Assembly (NCBI GenBank): GCA_036481345.1
Contig: JAZGHU010000015.1
Location: 3,315 to 67,314 of the forward strand
Origin: Candidatus Woesearchaeota archaeon
GTDB taxonomy: Archaea > Nanobdellota > Nanobdellia > Woesearchaeales > WJKL01
Direction: 5' to 3'
DNA: 64,000 nucleotides
Each line of letters starts with the position of its first letter. The first letter of the stretch is position 1. Below the pieces are notes generated by a model that worked only from the letters and a program-made list of their open reading frames with translations, ran no database searches and was not told where the DNA came from. Made by a program: the position numbers and the translations under genes. This document shows positions 48,751 to 58,571 of the stretch, piece by piece.

Positions 48751-49272
48751 ATGAAAAAAGAGAGCAAAGTGGAGTTAATGAAAAAAGGATGGAGTAAAGA
48801 TGATATTACAAAAGCAGAAGCGATAATTGGCGGAAGAAATGTTCATGATAAAAGCAAATCAGCCAGTTATATTGATAGAGTTCTATTTTGGGGCATGATC
48901 TTAGTTATGATTGTTGGAAATGCATTGATTGCATTTATTTTGATTCCATTATTACTTGTTTTTGATAAATTGGCTGCAGATATTTTTGTGATGGTTATTG
49001 GATTTGTAGTTGGAGTATTATTTAATTTCTTAATCTGGGATATGGAAGAAAGATTGACTGTAAAACATCATGTGATTGCAGCAACAACTATCCCAGTACT
49101 TGCAATTTTTAATTTGTATATAATTGTAAGAATGTCAAATGCAATCAATGTTGTTTTTGATATAAGTGAAGTAAGAGGGGATCCTTTAACAATTAGTGCA
49201 TTGTATGTTATTGCTTTCTTGCTGCCTTATCTTTGGACTCTGTTTGTTAAGAAGAAGATAAAAAAGTATTAA
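48751..49272 (+). CDS. Hypothetical 4-TM membrane protein
   Basis: L..KGWS..DI N-terminal motif followed by hydrophobic helices. Confidence 0.72.
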   Translation: MKKESKVELMKKGWSKDDITKAEAIIGGRNVHDKSKSASYIDRVLFWGMILVMIVGNALIAFILIPLLLVFDKLAADIFVMVIGFVVGVLFNFLIWDMEERLTVKHHVIAATTIPVLAIFNLYIIVRMSNAINVVFDISEVRGDPLTISALYVIAFLLPYLWTLFVKKKIKKY

Positions 49273-50504
49273 GACTTAATTACTTTAACACTTTTTATTC
49301 CTTGTTTTGTTACACTCTCTACTTCAATTACAACATTTTTTAACTGAATTTTTTCTCCTTTTTTAGGTATTCTTTGGAGTTTATGTTCAATGAATCCAGC
49401 TAATGTATCAAAGTGCTCTCCTTTGAGACCTAACTGGAGCATCTTGTTTATCTCTTCAACTGATGCTCTTGCATCTACTCTTATCAGTTTAGGATGGACT
49501 TTTTTGACATAGACACTTCTCCTTTCACTTCTATCAAATATGTCTCCTACAATCTCTTCTAGAATATCTTCAACTGTCACTAATCCTGAAACATTTCCAT
49601 ATTCATTAACTACAATTGCTAAGGGGGCCTTTTTAGTCTCAAATTCAGAAAGCAAAGCATCGATTTTCTTGGATCTTGGGACAAAGAATGGTTTTTTTGA
49701 GATGTTTTTTACTTTCACATCTAATCTTTTGTTTTTTGCATATTTCAAAACATCATCTACATCTAGAATACCGACAATATTGTCTCTTGTGTTCATATAA
49801 ACAGGATATCTAGAATAAGGAGATTTTACAACAAAGTCAATTATTTCTTTTAATTTTTTATTTCCATCAACCATATCTATATTTGCTTTTGGAGTCATTA
49901 TGCTTATGACTTTAGTTCCTTCGAATTCCAGAACATTGTGTATCATTGCTCCAGCTTCTTTATTTAGAATTCCTTCTTTAACACCCATTGTTACAATTGT
50001 TTTAAGTTCTTCTTCTGAAATCTTTTTTTGTTTCTTTTCTCCAAATAATCTTGAAATCCCTCTTGACATCATTTCAAAGACATATACAATAGGAAGTAGA
50101 GCAAGCGATAATAGTTCAATAGGTCTTGCAACAATTAATGATATTTTTTTGGCATGCTGTGTTGCTAATGTTTTTGGAGTTATTTCTCCAAATATCAAAA
50201 TTAGAAATGTCATTACCCCTGTTGCTATTCCAACTCCTTTTGAACCGAATAAATCTGTGAAAATAACAGTTGCAAGAGCTGCAGCCCCAATATTAACTAA
50301 ATTGTTTCCAATTAAGATTGTAATCAGTAGTCTGTAGGGGTTTTGCTTTAGTCTATGCAGTGATTTTGAGCCAAGTTTTTTTTGTCTAAGCAATGTATTA
50401 ACTTTAATCCTACTTAATGACATCAAAGCTGTTTCTATTCCTGAGAAAAAAGCTGAGAAAATTATTAAGACAACTAGTATTATAATCTGAGTTTGTAATG
50501 TCAT
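49269..50504 (-). CDS. HlyC/CorC (CNNM-CBS-CorC) family transporter
   Basis: SAFFSGIETA, ILIGNN, FGEITPK, CBS pair with YSRYPV and EDILEEIVG, CorC domain. Confidence 0.93.
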   Translation of the reverse strand: MTLQTQIIILVVLIIFSAFFSGIETALMSLSRIKVNTLLRQKKLGSKSLHRLKQNPYRLLITILIGNNLVNIGAAALATVIFTDLFGSKGVGIATGVMTFLILIFGEITPKTLATQHAKKISLIVARPIELLSLALLPIVYVFEMMSRGISRLFGEKKQKKISEEELKTIVTMGVKEGILNKEAGAMIHNVLEFEGTKVISIMTPKANIDMVDGNKKLKEIIDFVVKSPYSRYPVYMNTRDNIVGILDVDDVLKYAKNKRLDVKVKNISKKPFFVPRSKKIDALLSEFETKKAPLAIVVNEYGNVSGLVTVEDILEEIVGDIFDRSERRSVYVKKVHPKLIRVDARASVEEINKMLQLGLKGEHFDTLAGFIEHKLQRIPKKGEKIQLKNVVIEVESVTKQGIKSVKVIKS

Positions 50505-50610
50505 TATTTACCTCTTTTTTAATATTTTTGGATTAAAAGTTTTTAAATATATCGAATAATTTGATTAATAGCAATCTTTATAAGGAATAATAGAATTTAA
50601 TTTATTTAAT

Positions 50611-50712
50611 GGCGATCGTAGTTTAATGGTAGAATATAAGGTTGTGGTCCTTATGGCGCGAGTTCGATTTGGTCAAACGGTTCGTTTGGCAACGAAAGTC
50701 TCGCCGATCGCC
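50611..50712 (+). tRNA. tRNA-His(GUG) with encoded G-1 and a 30-nt intron at 59/60 (50669-50698)
   Basis: G+GCGATCG/CGATCGC+C acceptor stem; TAAGG-TT-GTG-GT-CCTTA anticodon arm; T-loop interrupted by a BHB-forming insert. Confidence 0.9.
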
Positions 50713-50830
50713 CTCTTATCATAATAAAAGCGCAAGGTTTTTAAATCAACCAGCGTTTTCCTAATAAATCAGCCCGAGTTCATTATGAGCGCACAGGGTA
50801 GTCATAATAGACTTCTTGGGCTTATACACA

Positions 50831-51310
50831 ATGGAACAAAAAAAAGAATTTAAACATTTAGTAAGAATCGCAAATACTGATTTGCCAGGAGAAAAACCAA
50901 TAGGCTTTGCTCTGAAAAGGATTAAAGGTGTTAATTTTCAATTAGCAAATGCTATTTGCAATATAGCTAATATGGACAAGCAGAAGAAAACAGGAGAACT
51001 TTCTGATGAAGAAATTAACAAATTAGATGCAATAGTCAAAGATCCTTTAAAATCAGGGGCGCCTGTTTGGATGGTTAACAGAAGAAAGGATTCTGAAACA
51101 GGAGAAGATAGACATATTATAACTAATGATTTGATATTCACAAAAGATAATGATATTAAATTAATGAGAAAGATCAAATCTTACAAAGGAGTGAGACATT
51201 CTGCAGGAGCTCCAGTAAGAGGACAAAGAACTAAATCTAATTTTAGAAAATCAAAAGGAAAAGTAATGGGTGTTAAGAGAAAAGCAGGAGCTAAATCAGG
51301 TAGAACTTAA
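50831..51310 (+). CDS. rps13: 30S ribosomal protein S13 (uS13)
   Basis: VRIANTDL, WMVNRRKD, YKGVRH, VRGQRT; start at ATG 50831. Confidence 0.97.
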   Translation: MEQKKEFKHLVRIANTDLPGEKPIGFALKRIKGVNFQLANAICNIANMDKQKKTGELSDEEINKLDAIVKDPLKSGAPVWMVNRRKDSETGEDRHIITNDLIFTKDNDIKLMRKIKSYKGVRHSAGAPVRGQRTKSNFRKSKGKVMGVKRKAGAKSGRT

Positions 51311-51312
51311 AA

Positions 51313-51945
51313 ATGGGAGATCCAAAAAAGCACAGAAAAACCTTTTCAACGCCAAAAAAGGCATGGGAAAAGGAAAGAATTGACGAAGAAAAAGAATTAA
51401 TTAGAGAATATCATTTTAAAAACAAACAGGAAATCTGGAAGCTGAATTCTAAGTTGAGGAATTTTGCAAGACAAGCAAAAAAACTTATTGCATCAACTAC
51501 AGAACAGTCTGAAAAAGAAGAGATACAATTATTGACTAAATTAAAAAAACTAGGATTGCTGCCTGAATCGGGAGATCTGGATGATGTTCTAGGAATTTCT
51601 ACTAAAAATATTATTGAAAGAAGACTTCAAAGTATTGCTTTTAAGAATGGATTAGCAAGAACAATGAAGCAAGCAAGACAATTTATTGTTCATGGTCATA
51701 TTTTGGTTGATGGGAAAAAAGTTACTTCACCAAATTATTTGGTTCCTAAGGATAAAGAAGGAAGAGTTGAATTTTATCAAGGTTCTGCTTTGATTGATCC
51801 AATGCATCCTGAGAGAAAACAAGAAGAAAAACTTCCTAAGAAACCAGTTAAGGAAGAGAAAAAAGTACCTAAGAAAAATAAAGCTGAAGAAAAGAAAGTA
51901 GCTCCAAAGAAAGTGGAGAAAAAAGAAGTAAAAAAGGCTGAATAA
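51313..51945 (+). CDS. rps4: 30S ribosomal protein S4 (uS4)
   Basis: [22 protein letters not shown]. Confidence 0.97.
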   Translation: MGDPKKHRKTFSTPKKAWEKERIDEEKELIREYHFKNKQEIWKLNSKLRNFARQAKKLIASTTEQSEKEEIQLLTKLKKLGLLPESGDLDDVLGISTKNIIERRLQSIAFKNGLARTMKQARQFIVHGHILVDGKKVTSPNYLVPKDKEGRVEFYQGSALIDPMHPERKQEEKLPKKPVKEEKKVPKKNKAEEKKVAPKKVEKKEVKKAE

Positions 51946-51946
51946 A

Positions 51947-52408
51947 ATGGAAAGACCGCAAAGAAATCAAGGAAGAGGACAAAGACCTCAAGGACGTCAA
52001 GGGCCCCCACGATATAGTGGAAATATAAGATGGGGAATAGCTCATATTTATTCTAGTTATAATAATACAATAATTCATATTACAGATATTACTGGAACAG
52101 AAACTCTTGCAATTGCATCTGGCGGACAAGTTGTTAAAGCTGATAGATTAGAAAGCAGCCCAACAGCCGCAATGACTGCTGCTAAAAAAGCTGCAGAGAC
52201 TGCTAAAGAAAAAGGAATACAAGGAATTCATGTTAAGATTAAAGCTCCGGGCGGGCATAATGGTCCAGCAAACCCAGGACCAGGAGCACAGGCAGCTGTA
52301 AGAGCATTATCAAGAGTAGGATTAAGAATAGGAATAATTGAGGATGTAACTCCAATTCCACATGATGGATGTAGGAAGAAAGGAGGAAAAAGAGGTAGGA
52401 GGGTATAA
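51947..52408 (+). CDS. rps11: 30S ribosomal protein S11 (uS11)
   Basis: [34 protein letters not shown]. Confidence 0.97.
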   Translation: MERPQRNQGRGQRPQGRQGPPRYSGNIRWGIAHIYSSYNNTIIHITDITGTETLAIASGGQVVKADRLESSPTAAMTAAKKAAETAKEKGIQGIHVKIKAPGGHNGPANPGPGAQAAVRALSRVGLRIGIIEDVTPIPHDGCRKKGGKRGRRV

Positions 52409-52409
52409 G

Positions 52410-53192
52410 ATGGAAGTCAAATTATTAAAGCAGGATAAGGAAAAGAAAAAACTTTCTTTTGTTATAAAAAATTCAACCCCTGTATTTGTTAATACTTTAA
52501 GAAGAACCATTATAGAAGAAGTTCCAACTTTAGCTATAGAAGATGTTGAAATTAGAGATAATAGTTCTGCACTTTATGATGAAATGGTTGCTCATAGATT
52601 AGGATTAATTCCAATAAAGACTGATTTGAAATCATATGATCTGCCTAGTGAATGTTCATGCAAAGGAAAAGGATGTTCAAAATGCACATTAAAGTTGACT
52701 TTAGTTGGAAAAAGCCAAGGATATGTATATTCAAGAGATCTTAAGAGCAAGGATCCTAAATGTGGTTCTGTATATCCAAATATGCCTATTACTAAGTTAT
52801 TGAAAGGACAAAAAATAGAGTTAATAGCAACAGCTGTTTTAGGACAAGGAAAAGAACATGCTAAATGGTCTCCTGGAGTTGTGACTTATAAAAATTATCC
52901 AATAATTGAGATCAATGAAAAAGGAGAAAGCTGTGAAGAAGCATCAATAAAATGTCCTACAAAAGTATTTGAGTTTACTAAAGGGAAATTAACTGTAGCA
53001 AATTTAGAAAAATGTACTTTTTGTAATGCTTGTATAGAAGCATGCCCTGATGGAATAAAAGTAAGTGAAAATAAAACAGATTTTATATTTACAATCGAAA
53101 GCTGGGGTCAATTAGATCCTAGAGAAATGATTAAAGAAGCAGTTAAAAGATTTCAAAAGAAAACAGACGAGTTTGTTAAGCTCCTCAAGTAA
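52410..53192 (+). CDS. rpoD: DNA-directed RNA polymerase subunit D (Rpo3)
   Basis: NTLRR, DEMVAHRLGLIP, HAKWSP, ferredoxin-like Cys, ESWGQL; start at ATG 52410. Confidence 0.96.
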   Translation: MEVKLLKQDKEKKKLSFVIKNSTPVFVNTLRRTIIEEVPTLAIEDVEIRDNSSALYDEMVAHRLGLIPIKTDLKSYDLPSECSCKGKGCSKCTLKLTLVGKSQGYVYSRDLKSKDPKCGSVYPNMPITKLLKGQKIELIATAVLGQGKEHAKWSPGVVTYKNYPIIEINEKGESCEEASIKCPTKVFEFTKGKLTVANLEKCTFCNACIEACPDGIKVSENKTDFIFTIESWGQLDPREMIKEAVKRFQKKTDEFVKLLK

Positions 53193-53209
53193 GTCGCTTT
53201 CGTAGATAT

Positions 53210-53293
53210 GCGAGGGTGGCAGAGTGGCCAAATGCGCAAGGTTGAGGGCCTTGTTCCTTAGTGGATGCGCGAGTTCGAATCTCGTTCCTCGCA
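53210..53293 (+). tRNA. tRNA-Leu(GAG)
   Basis: GCGAGGG/TCCTCGC acceptor stem, CAAGG-TT-GAG-GG-CCTTG anticodon arm, long variable arm, GTTCGAATC. Confidence 0.95.
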
Positions 53294-53308
53294 TAATAAT
53301 TATATAAA

Positions 53309-53671
53309 ATGGCAAAACGTACAGGTTCAACAAACCCTTTATTAAAGGGATTGATTCAGGAATTGAGGAAAAAAGCCAATGAACATGGCTGTAATATTTG
53401 GAAAAGAGTAGCTGATGATCTAGAAAAACCTTCAAGACAAAGAAGAATTGTTAATCTGTATAAGATAAATAAGTTTACAAAAGAGAATGAAACTGTGATT
53501 GTTCCTGGAAAAGTGCTTTCAGTTGGAGATCTTGATCATAATGTTACTGTAGCAGCATTCACATTTTCAGGATCTGCTTTAGACAAGATCAACAAAAAAG
53601 GAAAAGCAGTTACAATCAATGAATTAATACAAGAAGATCCAAAAGGAAAGAGGATAAGAATATTAGGATAA
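53309..53671 (+). CDS. rpl18e: 50S ribosomal protein L18e
   Basis: VNLYKI, VPGKVLSVG, VAAFTFS. Confidence 0.96.
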   Translation: MAKRTGSTNPLLKGLIQELRKKANEHGCNIWKRVADDLEKPSRQRRIVNLYKINKFTKENETVIVPGKVLSVGDLDHNVTVAAFTFSGSALDKINKKGKAVTINELIQEDPKGKRIRILG

Positions 53672-53674
53672 AAA

Positions 53675-54091
53675 ATGATAATCAATGCTGAAAATTTAAT
53701 TGTTGGAAGAATAGGAACTGTTGCTGCTAAGAAAGCTTTAATGGGAGAAAAAGTAAATATTGTTAATTGTGAAAAAGCAATAATGACTGGAAACAAAAAA
53801 GAAATAATAGCAAGATATAAAGAAAAAAGGCAGATGGGGCAAGTATACCATGGACCTTATATCTTAAGAAGACCTGATATGTTTGTTAAGAGAGCAATAA
53901 GAGGAATGCTGCCATATAAGCAAGATAAAGGAAGAAACGCATTTGAAAGAATAAGATGCTATCTTGGTGTGCCTGAAGAATTTAAAGATAAGGAAATGGA
54001 AACAATAAAAAAAGCAAATATTGGAAAAGTTCCTAGTTTAAGATATACTACTGTTAAAGAAATTTGTAAGTCAATGGGGGGAGTTAAATAA
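53675..54091 (+). CDS. rpl13: 50S ribosomal protein L13 (uL13)
   Basis: IVGR, VN.EKA..TG, IRGMLPYK. Confidence 0.96.
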   Translation: MIINAENLIVGRIGTVAAKKALMGEKVNIVNCEKAIMTGNKKEIIARYKEKRQMGQVYHGPYILRRPDMFVKRAIRGMLPYKQDKGRNAFERIRCYLGVPEEFKDKEMETIKKANIGKVPSLRYTTVKEICKSMGGVK

Positions 54092-54093
54092 AA

Positions 54094-54492
54094 ATGCCAA
54101 AGCTAGTACATATGTCAGGAAAGAGAAAAAGAGCAGTAGCAAGAGCTACATTAAAGCCAGGAGTAGGCAAAGTTAGAATTAATAATAAGATGATTGATGT
54201 TTATGGAACTAAGCTTGCTAGATTGAGAATAAAAGAACCATTGATTTTAGCAGGAGAGATTGCTGCTGGAGTTGATATTATTGTCAGAGTAAATGGTGGA
54301 GGATCAAATTCACAAGCAGAGGCAGCAAGATTGGCAATAGCAAGAGCTTTGGCAAAATATAGCAAAAAATTAGAGAAAGTATTTTTGAATTATGATAGGC
54401 ATATGCTGGTTGCAGATGTTAGAAGAAAAGAACCAGCTAAACCAAATAGACATGGAAAAGCTAGAGCAAAAAGGCAAAAATCTTACAGATAA
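54094..54492 (+). CDS. rps9: 30S ribosomal protein S9 (uS9)
   Basis: [24 protein letters not shown]. Confidence 0.97.
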   Translation: MPKLVHMSGKRKRAVARATLKPGVGKVRINNKMIDVYGTKLARLRIKEPLILAGEIAAGVDIIVRVNGGGSNSQAEAARLAIARALAKYSKKLEKVFLNYDRHMLVADVRRKEPAKPNRHGKARAKRQKSYR

Positions 54493-54505
54493 AGGTGATA
54501 ATAAA

Positions 54506-54703
54506 ATGATAATTCCAATAAGATGTTTCAGTTGCGGCAAACCAGTAGGTCATTTATGGGAAGAGTTTAAAGAAAGATCTAGTGCAGGAGAGCCTAAGAA
54601 AAGAGTTATGGATGAATTAGGACTGGAAAGATATTGCTGCAGAGCTTTGTTCATGGGACATGTTGATCTGATCGATACTGCTGGTAGGTTTAAGAAATTT
54701 TAA
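54506..54703 (+). CDS. rpoN: DNA-directed RNA polymerase subunit N (Rpo10)
   Basis: [27 protein letters not shown]. Confidence 0.97.
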   Translation: MIIPIRCFSCGKPVGHLWEEFKERSSAGEPKKRVMDELGLERYCCRALFMGHVDLIDTAGRFKKF

Positions 54704-54712
54704 TTTATTTCT

Positions 54713-55477
54713 TTAAATAAATTCTTTGTATTTTTCTATATATTCTTTATCTTCAAAAATAATTTTTTTGAATATTTCTTGAAATTTTTTTAATTGCATT
54801 CTATGAGCAAGATGATCAAGATCATAATGATATGTTCCATCATATCCTAATTTAATTAACATATAATTAACTTGAATCATAAATAGAGAATTATTGATAT
54901 AAGAAAAAGGGCGTGCATTTATAGCATAAAAATAATATGATGCAATCTTCTTTATGGGATGTGAAGAGTTATCTTCAATTTCTTTTTTCAAATCTATTAA
55001 ATGTTTATGACATTCTTTTAAATATAATTCTAGATACACACTTCTTGGATAAATATGGAATCCATTTTTTTTACTATGTGGCCACCCTTGTTTAGGTATC
55101 TTATGAATTTTGATGAATCTATCTGATTTTGAAGACCCAAAGTATTCTGCTAATTTTTGTTTTTTTAATCTTGTTGATCTAACTCTTACATTATCTTTTC
55201 TAAAATCAAAAGGTTTATTTTTGAACCATTTTTTATATAATCTTGAATCAATTTTTCTATAAGGGCCATTATCATTTTTTCCTAATGCAATTATTTTTCT
55301 CATATTTTTTAACATGCTTTTATATTCTTTATATTCTATTTTTTTTGAATTATACCATTTATCGAAGAATTCAAAAGCGCCTATACAATTTCTAATATAT
55401 ATTTCATTAGCATCCTTTAAAAGATGAGGATATCTTATGAATATATTGTTATTTTTTAATGGAGTTTGTGTTTTCAT
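54713..55477 (-). CDS. Fic/Fido-fold-like protein with divergent active-site loop
   Basis: INARPFSYINNSLFMIQVNYML aligns with the Fic consensus HPFxDGNGRxxR...N..L. Confidence 0.55.
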   Translation of the reverse strand: MKTQTPLKNNNIFIRYPHLLKDANEIYIRNCIGAFEFFDKWYNSKKIEYKEYKSMLKNMRKIIALGKNDNGPYRKIDSRLYKKWFKNKPFDFRKDNVRVRSTRLKKQKLAEYFGSSKSDRFIKIHKIPKQGWPHSKKNGFHIYPRSVYLELYLKECHKHLIDLKKEIEDNSSHPIKKIASYYFYAINARPFSYINNSLFMIQVNYMLIKLGYDGTYHYDLDHLAHRMQLKKFQEIFKKIIFEDKEYIEKYKEFI

Positions 55478-55575
55478 TCTAGGATTTTTTTCATTTTAAA
55501 TTTTAACTGCAACATCTTTAATAAATTTTTTGATGAATACCAATATTTTTAAATGAGAATAATAAAACATTAAAA

Positions 55576-57072
55576 ATGAAGGTATTATTTATATATCCTA
55601 ATTTGAAGGGAAATGATGTTAATATAGGTATTAGTCTACTTTCAGCAATTTTAAAAGAAAAGTCACATGAAGTAAAAGTAATACATATCAATGAATCGTT
55701 GGGAATCCCTTTTGATTTTGAATTAATAAAAAAAGAAATAATCTCTTTTAATCCTGATTTGATAGGAATTTCTGCAAATACTACTCATTTTTCTATGGGC
55801 ATTAAAATTGCAAAATTCATTAAGGATAAAATGACAGAAGAAGTCCCCATTGTTTTTGGTGGTGTTCATACAACCCTTAATCCAGACGAAATTTTAAAAT
55901 TTGATTGTATTGATATGTTGGTAGTTGGAGAAGGAGAGGAAGCAATAGTTGAATTAGTAGAAAAACTTGGAAAAAAAGAAGACATTTCAGAAATTCAGAA
56001 TTTATGGCTGAAAAAAAATGACAAAATTATCAAGAATCCATTAAGAAGATTCATACCTTTAGATAAGCTGCCTCCAATGGATGTCAGTATCTGGGATTTT
56101 CAGAAAGTTATTGATTCCAAAAAGGGATGGGTTAATGTTAGTTTAAATAGGGGGTGCCTTAATAATTGCACGTATTGTTTTAATAAATCATATAAAACTA
56201 TTTATTCCAAATATTGTATTAACAAAACAGATAATTATTTGAGGATTGGGGATTACACTACAAAAATCAAAGAAATTAAAGATATTTTAAATTCTTATGA
56301 AGGGGTAAAGATTATACGTTTTGTTGATGATGATTTTTTACTGAATGATTCAATTATTGAATTCATGAATATATTCAAAAAAGAGATAAATTTACCTTTT
56401 GTAATTAATGCCCATATAAACTCTGTCAATGAAGAGAAATTAATAGCACTCAAAAAAAATAATTGTCATCTTTTAGGAATTGGAGTAGAATGTGCTAATG
56501 AAAATATTCGTAAAGAAATTTTAAATAGGCATATGTCAAATCAACAAATTAGAGAAAAAATAAAATTAATAAAAAAAATAGGAGTAAGATTAATGAATTA
56601 TATTATGTTTGGTTTTCCTACTGAAACAAAACAAAATGTAATTGAAACCTTAAAATTAAATTCTGAATCTCAACCAGATATTGTAAGAAGCAGCATATTT
56701 TTTCCGTGTGAAGGAACTGAATTGTATTCTATATGTGAAAAACTTGAGCTTATATCTCATTCAAAGGATCAGAATCTTTTTACTTATTTTGAAAAAAGCG
56801 TGTTAAATTTTAATGATGATTTCAAATTATTTTTAGAAAAAGTTCAAAAATATCTTGATTGTTATTTGAATTATTATAATGAAAATCTTTCTTCAAAATA
56901 TGGTGCTCTTATTGCTATGATTAATAATTTATCTAGGGAACAATGGGGTGATGAAGAAGTTCATAAAGAAATTCAAAAAATGAGGGAGTCTATATCTCAA
57001 GATTTATGTTCAAAAAAAACATTTCATTATGCTATGAGATTCACATCTTATTTTGCAGTAAGAATAAATTAG
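55576..57072 (+). CDS. Cobalamin-binding radical SAM protein (class B methyltransferase-like)
   Basis: N-terminal B12-binding domain (GGVHTT, GEGEE), RGCLNNCTYC cluster motif, DD.F, GVEC, GFPTET. Confidence 0.9.
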   Translation: MKVLFIYPNLKGNDVNIGISLLSAILKEKSHEVKVIHINESLGIPFDFELIKKEIISFNPDLIGISANTTHFSMGIKIAKFIKDKMTEEVPIVFGGVHTTLNPDEILKFDCIDMLVVGEGEEAIVELVEKLGKKEDISEIQNLWLKKNDKIIKNPLRRFIPLDKLPPMDVSIWDFQKVIDSKKGWVNVSLNRGCLNNCTYCFNKSYKTIYSKYCINKTDNYLRIGDYTTKIKEIKDILNSYEGVKIIRFVDDDFLLNDSIIEFMNIFKKEINLPFVINAHINSVNEEKLIALKKNNCHLLGIGVECANENIRKEILNRHMSNQQIREKIKLIKKIGVRLMNYIMFGFPTETKQNVIETLKLNSESQPDIVRSSIFFPCEGTELYSICEKLELISHSKDQNLFTYFEKSVLNFNDDFKLFLEKVQKYLDCYLNYYNENLSSKYGALIAMINNLSREQWGDEEVHKEIQKMRESISQDLCSKKTFHYAMRFTSYFAVRIN

Positions 57073-57095
57073 TTCTATAATTGATCAAATATAAC

Positions 57096-58571
57096 CTAGT
57101 AGTTTTTTATTATATGTGCTATAGATTTTCTAAGACTGTATTCATCATCAAAACCCCCTTTTACTTTAAAATTTCCCCCAATAGGAGAAGGAGCATCTTT
57201 TAATTCGTTTCCTTTTTCAGTAGCCCAACCAAAATCAATTAATTTAATAATGCCATCTTTTACAAGCAAATTATCTGGTTTAATATCTCTATGAACTATT
57301 TTTTTGTTGTTTAATTTTAATAATATTTCTTTTATTTGTTCATTATAATTATTAGGAAGATTCTTTTTTGTTAATGGGATTCCGGAATATTCAATAATTA
57401 TTTTAGAATCATTTACATCTTCAATTAATTTCGGAAAATGAATTGAATCTAATTTTTTTAACGCATTGACTTCATATTTTTTACATCTTAGTAAATTAGA
57501 ATAATTACTATTTTTATTAAAATAAGATTTCATTATTTTATTTTTTGATATTCTACTAACTTTAGATGTTTCTCCTTTGAAATTTAATAAGGGTTTAGTA
57601 CATTCAAAAATTAGCTTTTTTGAATTCTTTCCCTGTTGATATTTGCTCAATTCAATTTTTGTAAAACAGGTATTATTAATTAAGAAATTTTTAATACCTT
57701 CTATATCCCGTATACCCATCTCTTCCATTTCTTCTTGAAGAGAGGTTTCAAAAAATAACATTCTATTAATTTTTTTAGTAAATTTATACATAAAATTTAA
57801 TGCATCTTCCTTTCCAAGAGTTTTTAATAATCTATTAAATTCACCAAACCAAACACAATAATTTATATTGTTTAAATTTTGCAAAATGCTTTTTGTTAAT
57901 GGTCTATTAGAAAAGATTGCATTCTTTTTTTTTATTTCTTCTATTACCATATTGTTATTCCAATGACTTTTATATCTTATAATGTACTTATTTGCGATCT
58001 TCATACGCAACCTACCAAATTTTTCTTTAAATTTATTACAATCAATCCATTTTTCAAATAAGATCAAAGTCTTCTTATCTAATTTATGGTAATCTATTGT
58101 AAAATTAATCTCGGTATCTAAACCTTCCCACATATTTAAAGGAAGATATTTTTTTAGATTCATTTTTTTTAGAATATCTCTTTTATATTTACCAATACTA
58201 GAATTCCAACCCCTTTTATTCAAAGAAAAGGCAATGCTTCTTTCTTTATACTCATTAAAAACTATATCAAATAAGTGAGGATTTACAATTTCACAAGAGT
58301 GTGACAACAAAAGTATATTTTTATAACTGGTTTTATTATATGCTGTGTAAATGGCGCCAAATTCAAATGAGTTTGTATTAATTTTTTCAATAGTGATTGG
58401 AAGTTCTTTAAATTTATTTTGAATTTCTAAAAATTGATTAAATTCTCTTTTTTTATACTCATTAATTACTATTAAGATAGGATATTTAATATACCCTTTG
58501 AATGATTTTAGAAGATTTTCTAGGAATTTAATTCCTGATATGTGGGTAGATATAACAATAACATTATTCAT
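57096..58571 (-). CDS. Multidomain protein: GT-A-like domain, partial methyltransferase-like segment, C-terminal kinase
   Basis: Kinase motifs HRDIKPDN and IDFGWA; N-terminal hhhST...FEFGAI...LLSHS; central LFFET segment. Confidence 0.7.
   Translation of the reverse strand: MNNVIVISTHISGIKFLENLLKSFKGYIKYPILIVINEYKKREFNQFLEIQNKFKELPITIEKINTNSFEFGAIYTAYNKTSYKNILLLSHSCEIVNPHLFDIVFNEYKERSIAFSLNKRGWNSSIGKYKRDILKKMNLKKYLPLNMWEGLDTEINFTIDYHKLDKKTLILFEKWIDCNKFKEKFGRLRMKIANKYIIRYKSHWNNNMVIEEIKKKNAIFSNRPLTKSILQNLNNINYCVWFGEFNRLLKTLGKEDALNFMYKFTKKINRMLFFETSLQEEMEEMGIRDIEGIKNFLINNTCFTKIELSKYQQGKNSKKLIFECTKPLLNFKGETSKVSRISKNKIMKSYFNKNSNYSNLLRCKKYEVNALKKLDSIHFPKLIEDVNDSKIIIEYSGIPLTKKNLPNNYNEQIKEILLKLNNKKIVHRDIKPDNLLVKDGIIKLIDFGWATEKGNELKDAPSPIGGNFKVKGGFDDEYSLRKSIAHIIKNY

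Noticed and set aside
53112..53435. 107-aa minus-strand ORF containing MRGTRFELAHP
   Set aside because: Antisense translation of tRNA-Leu(GAG) and flanking genes
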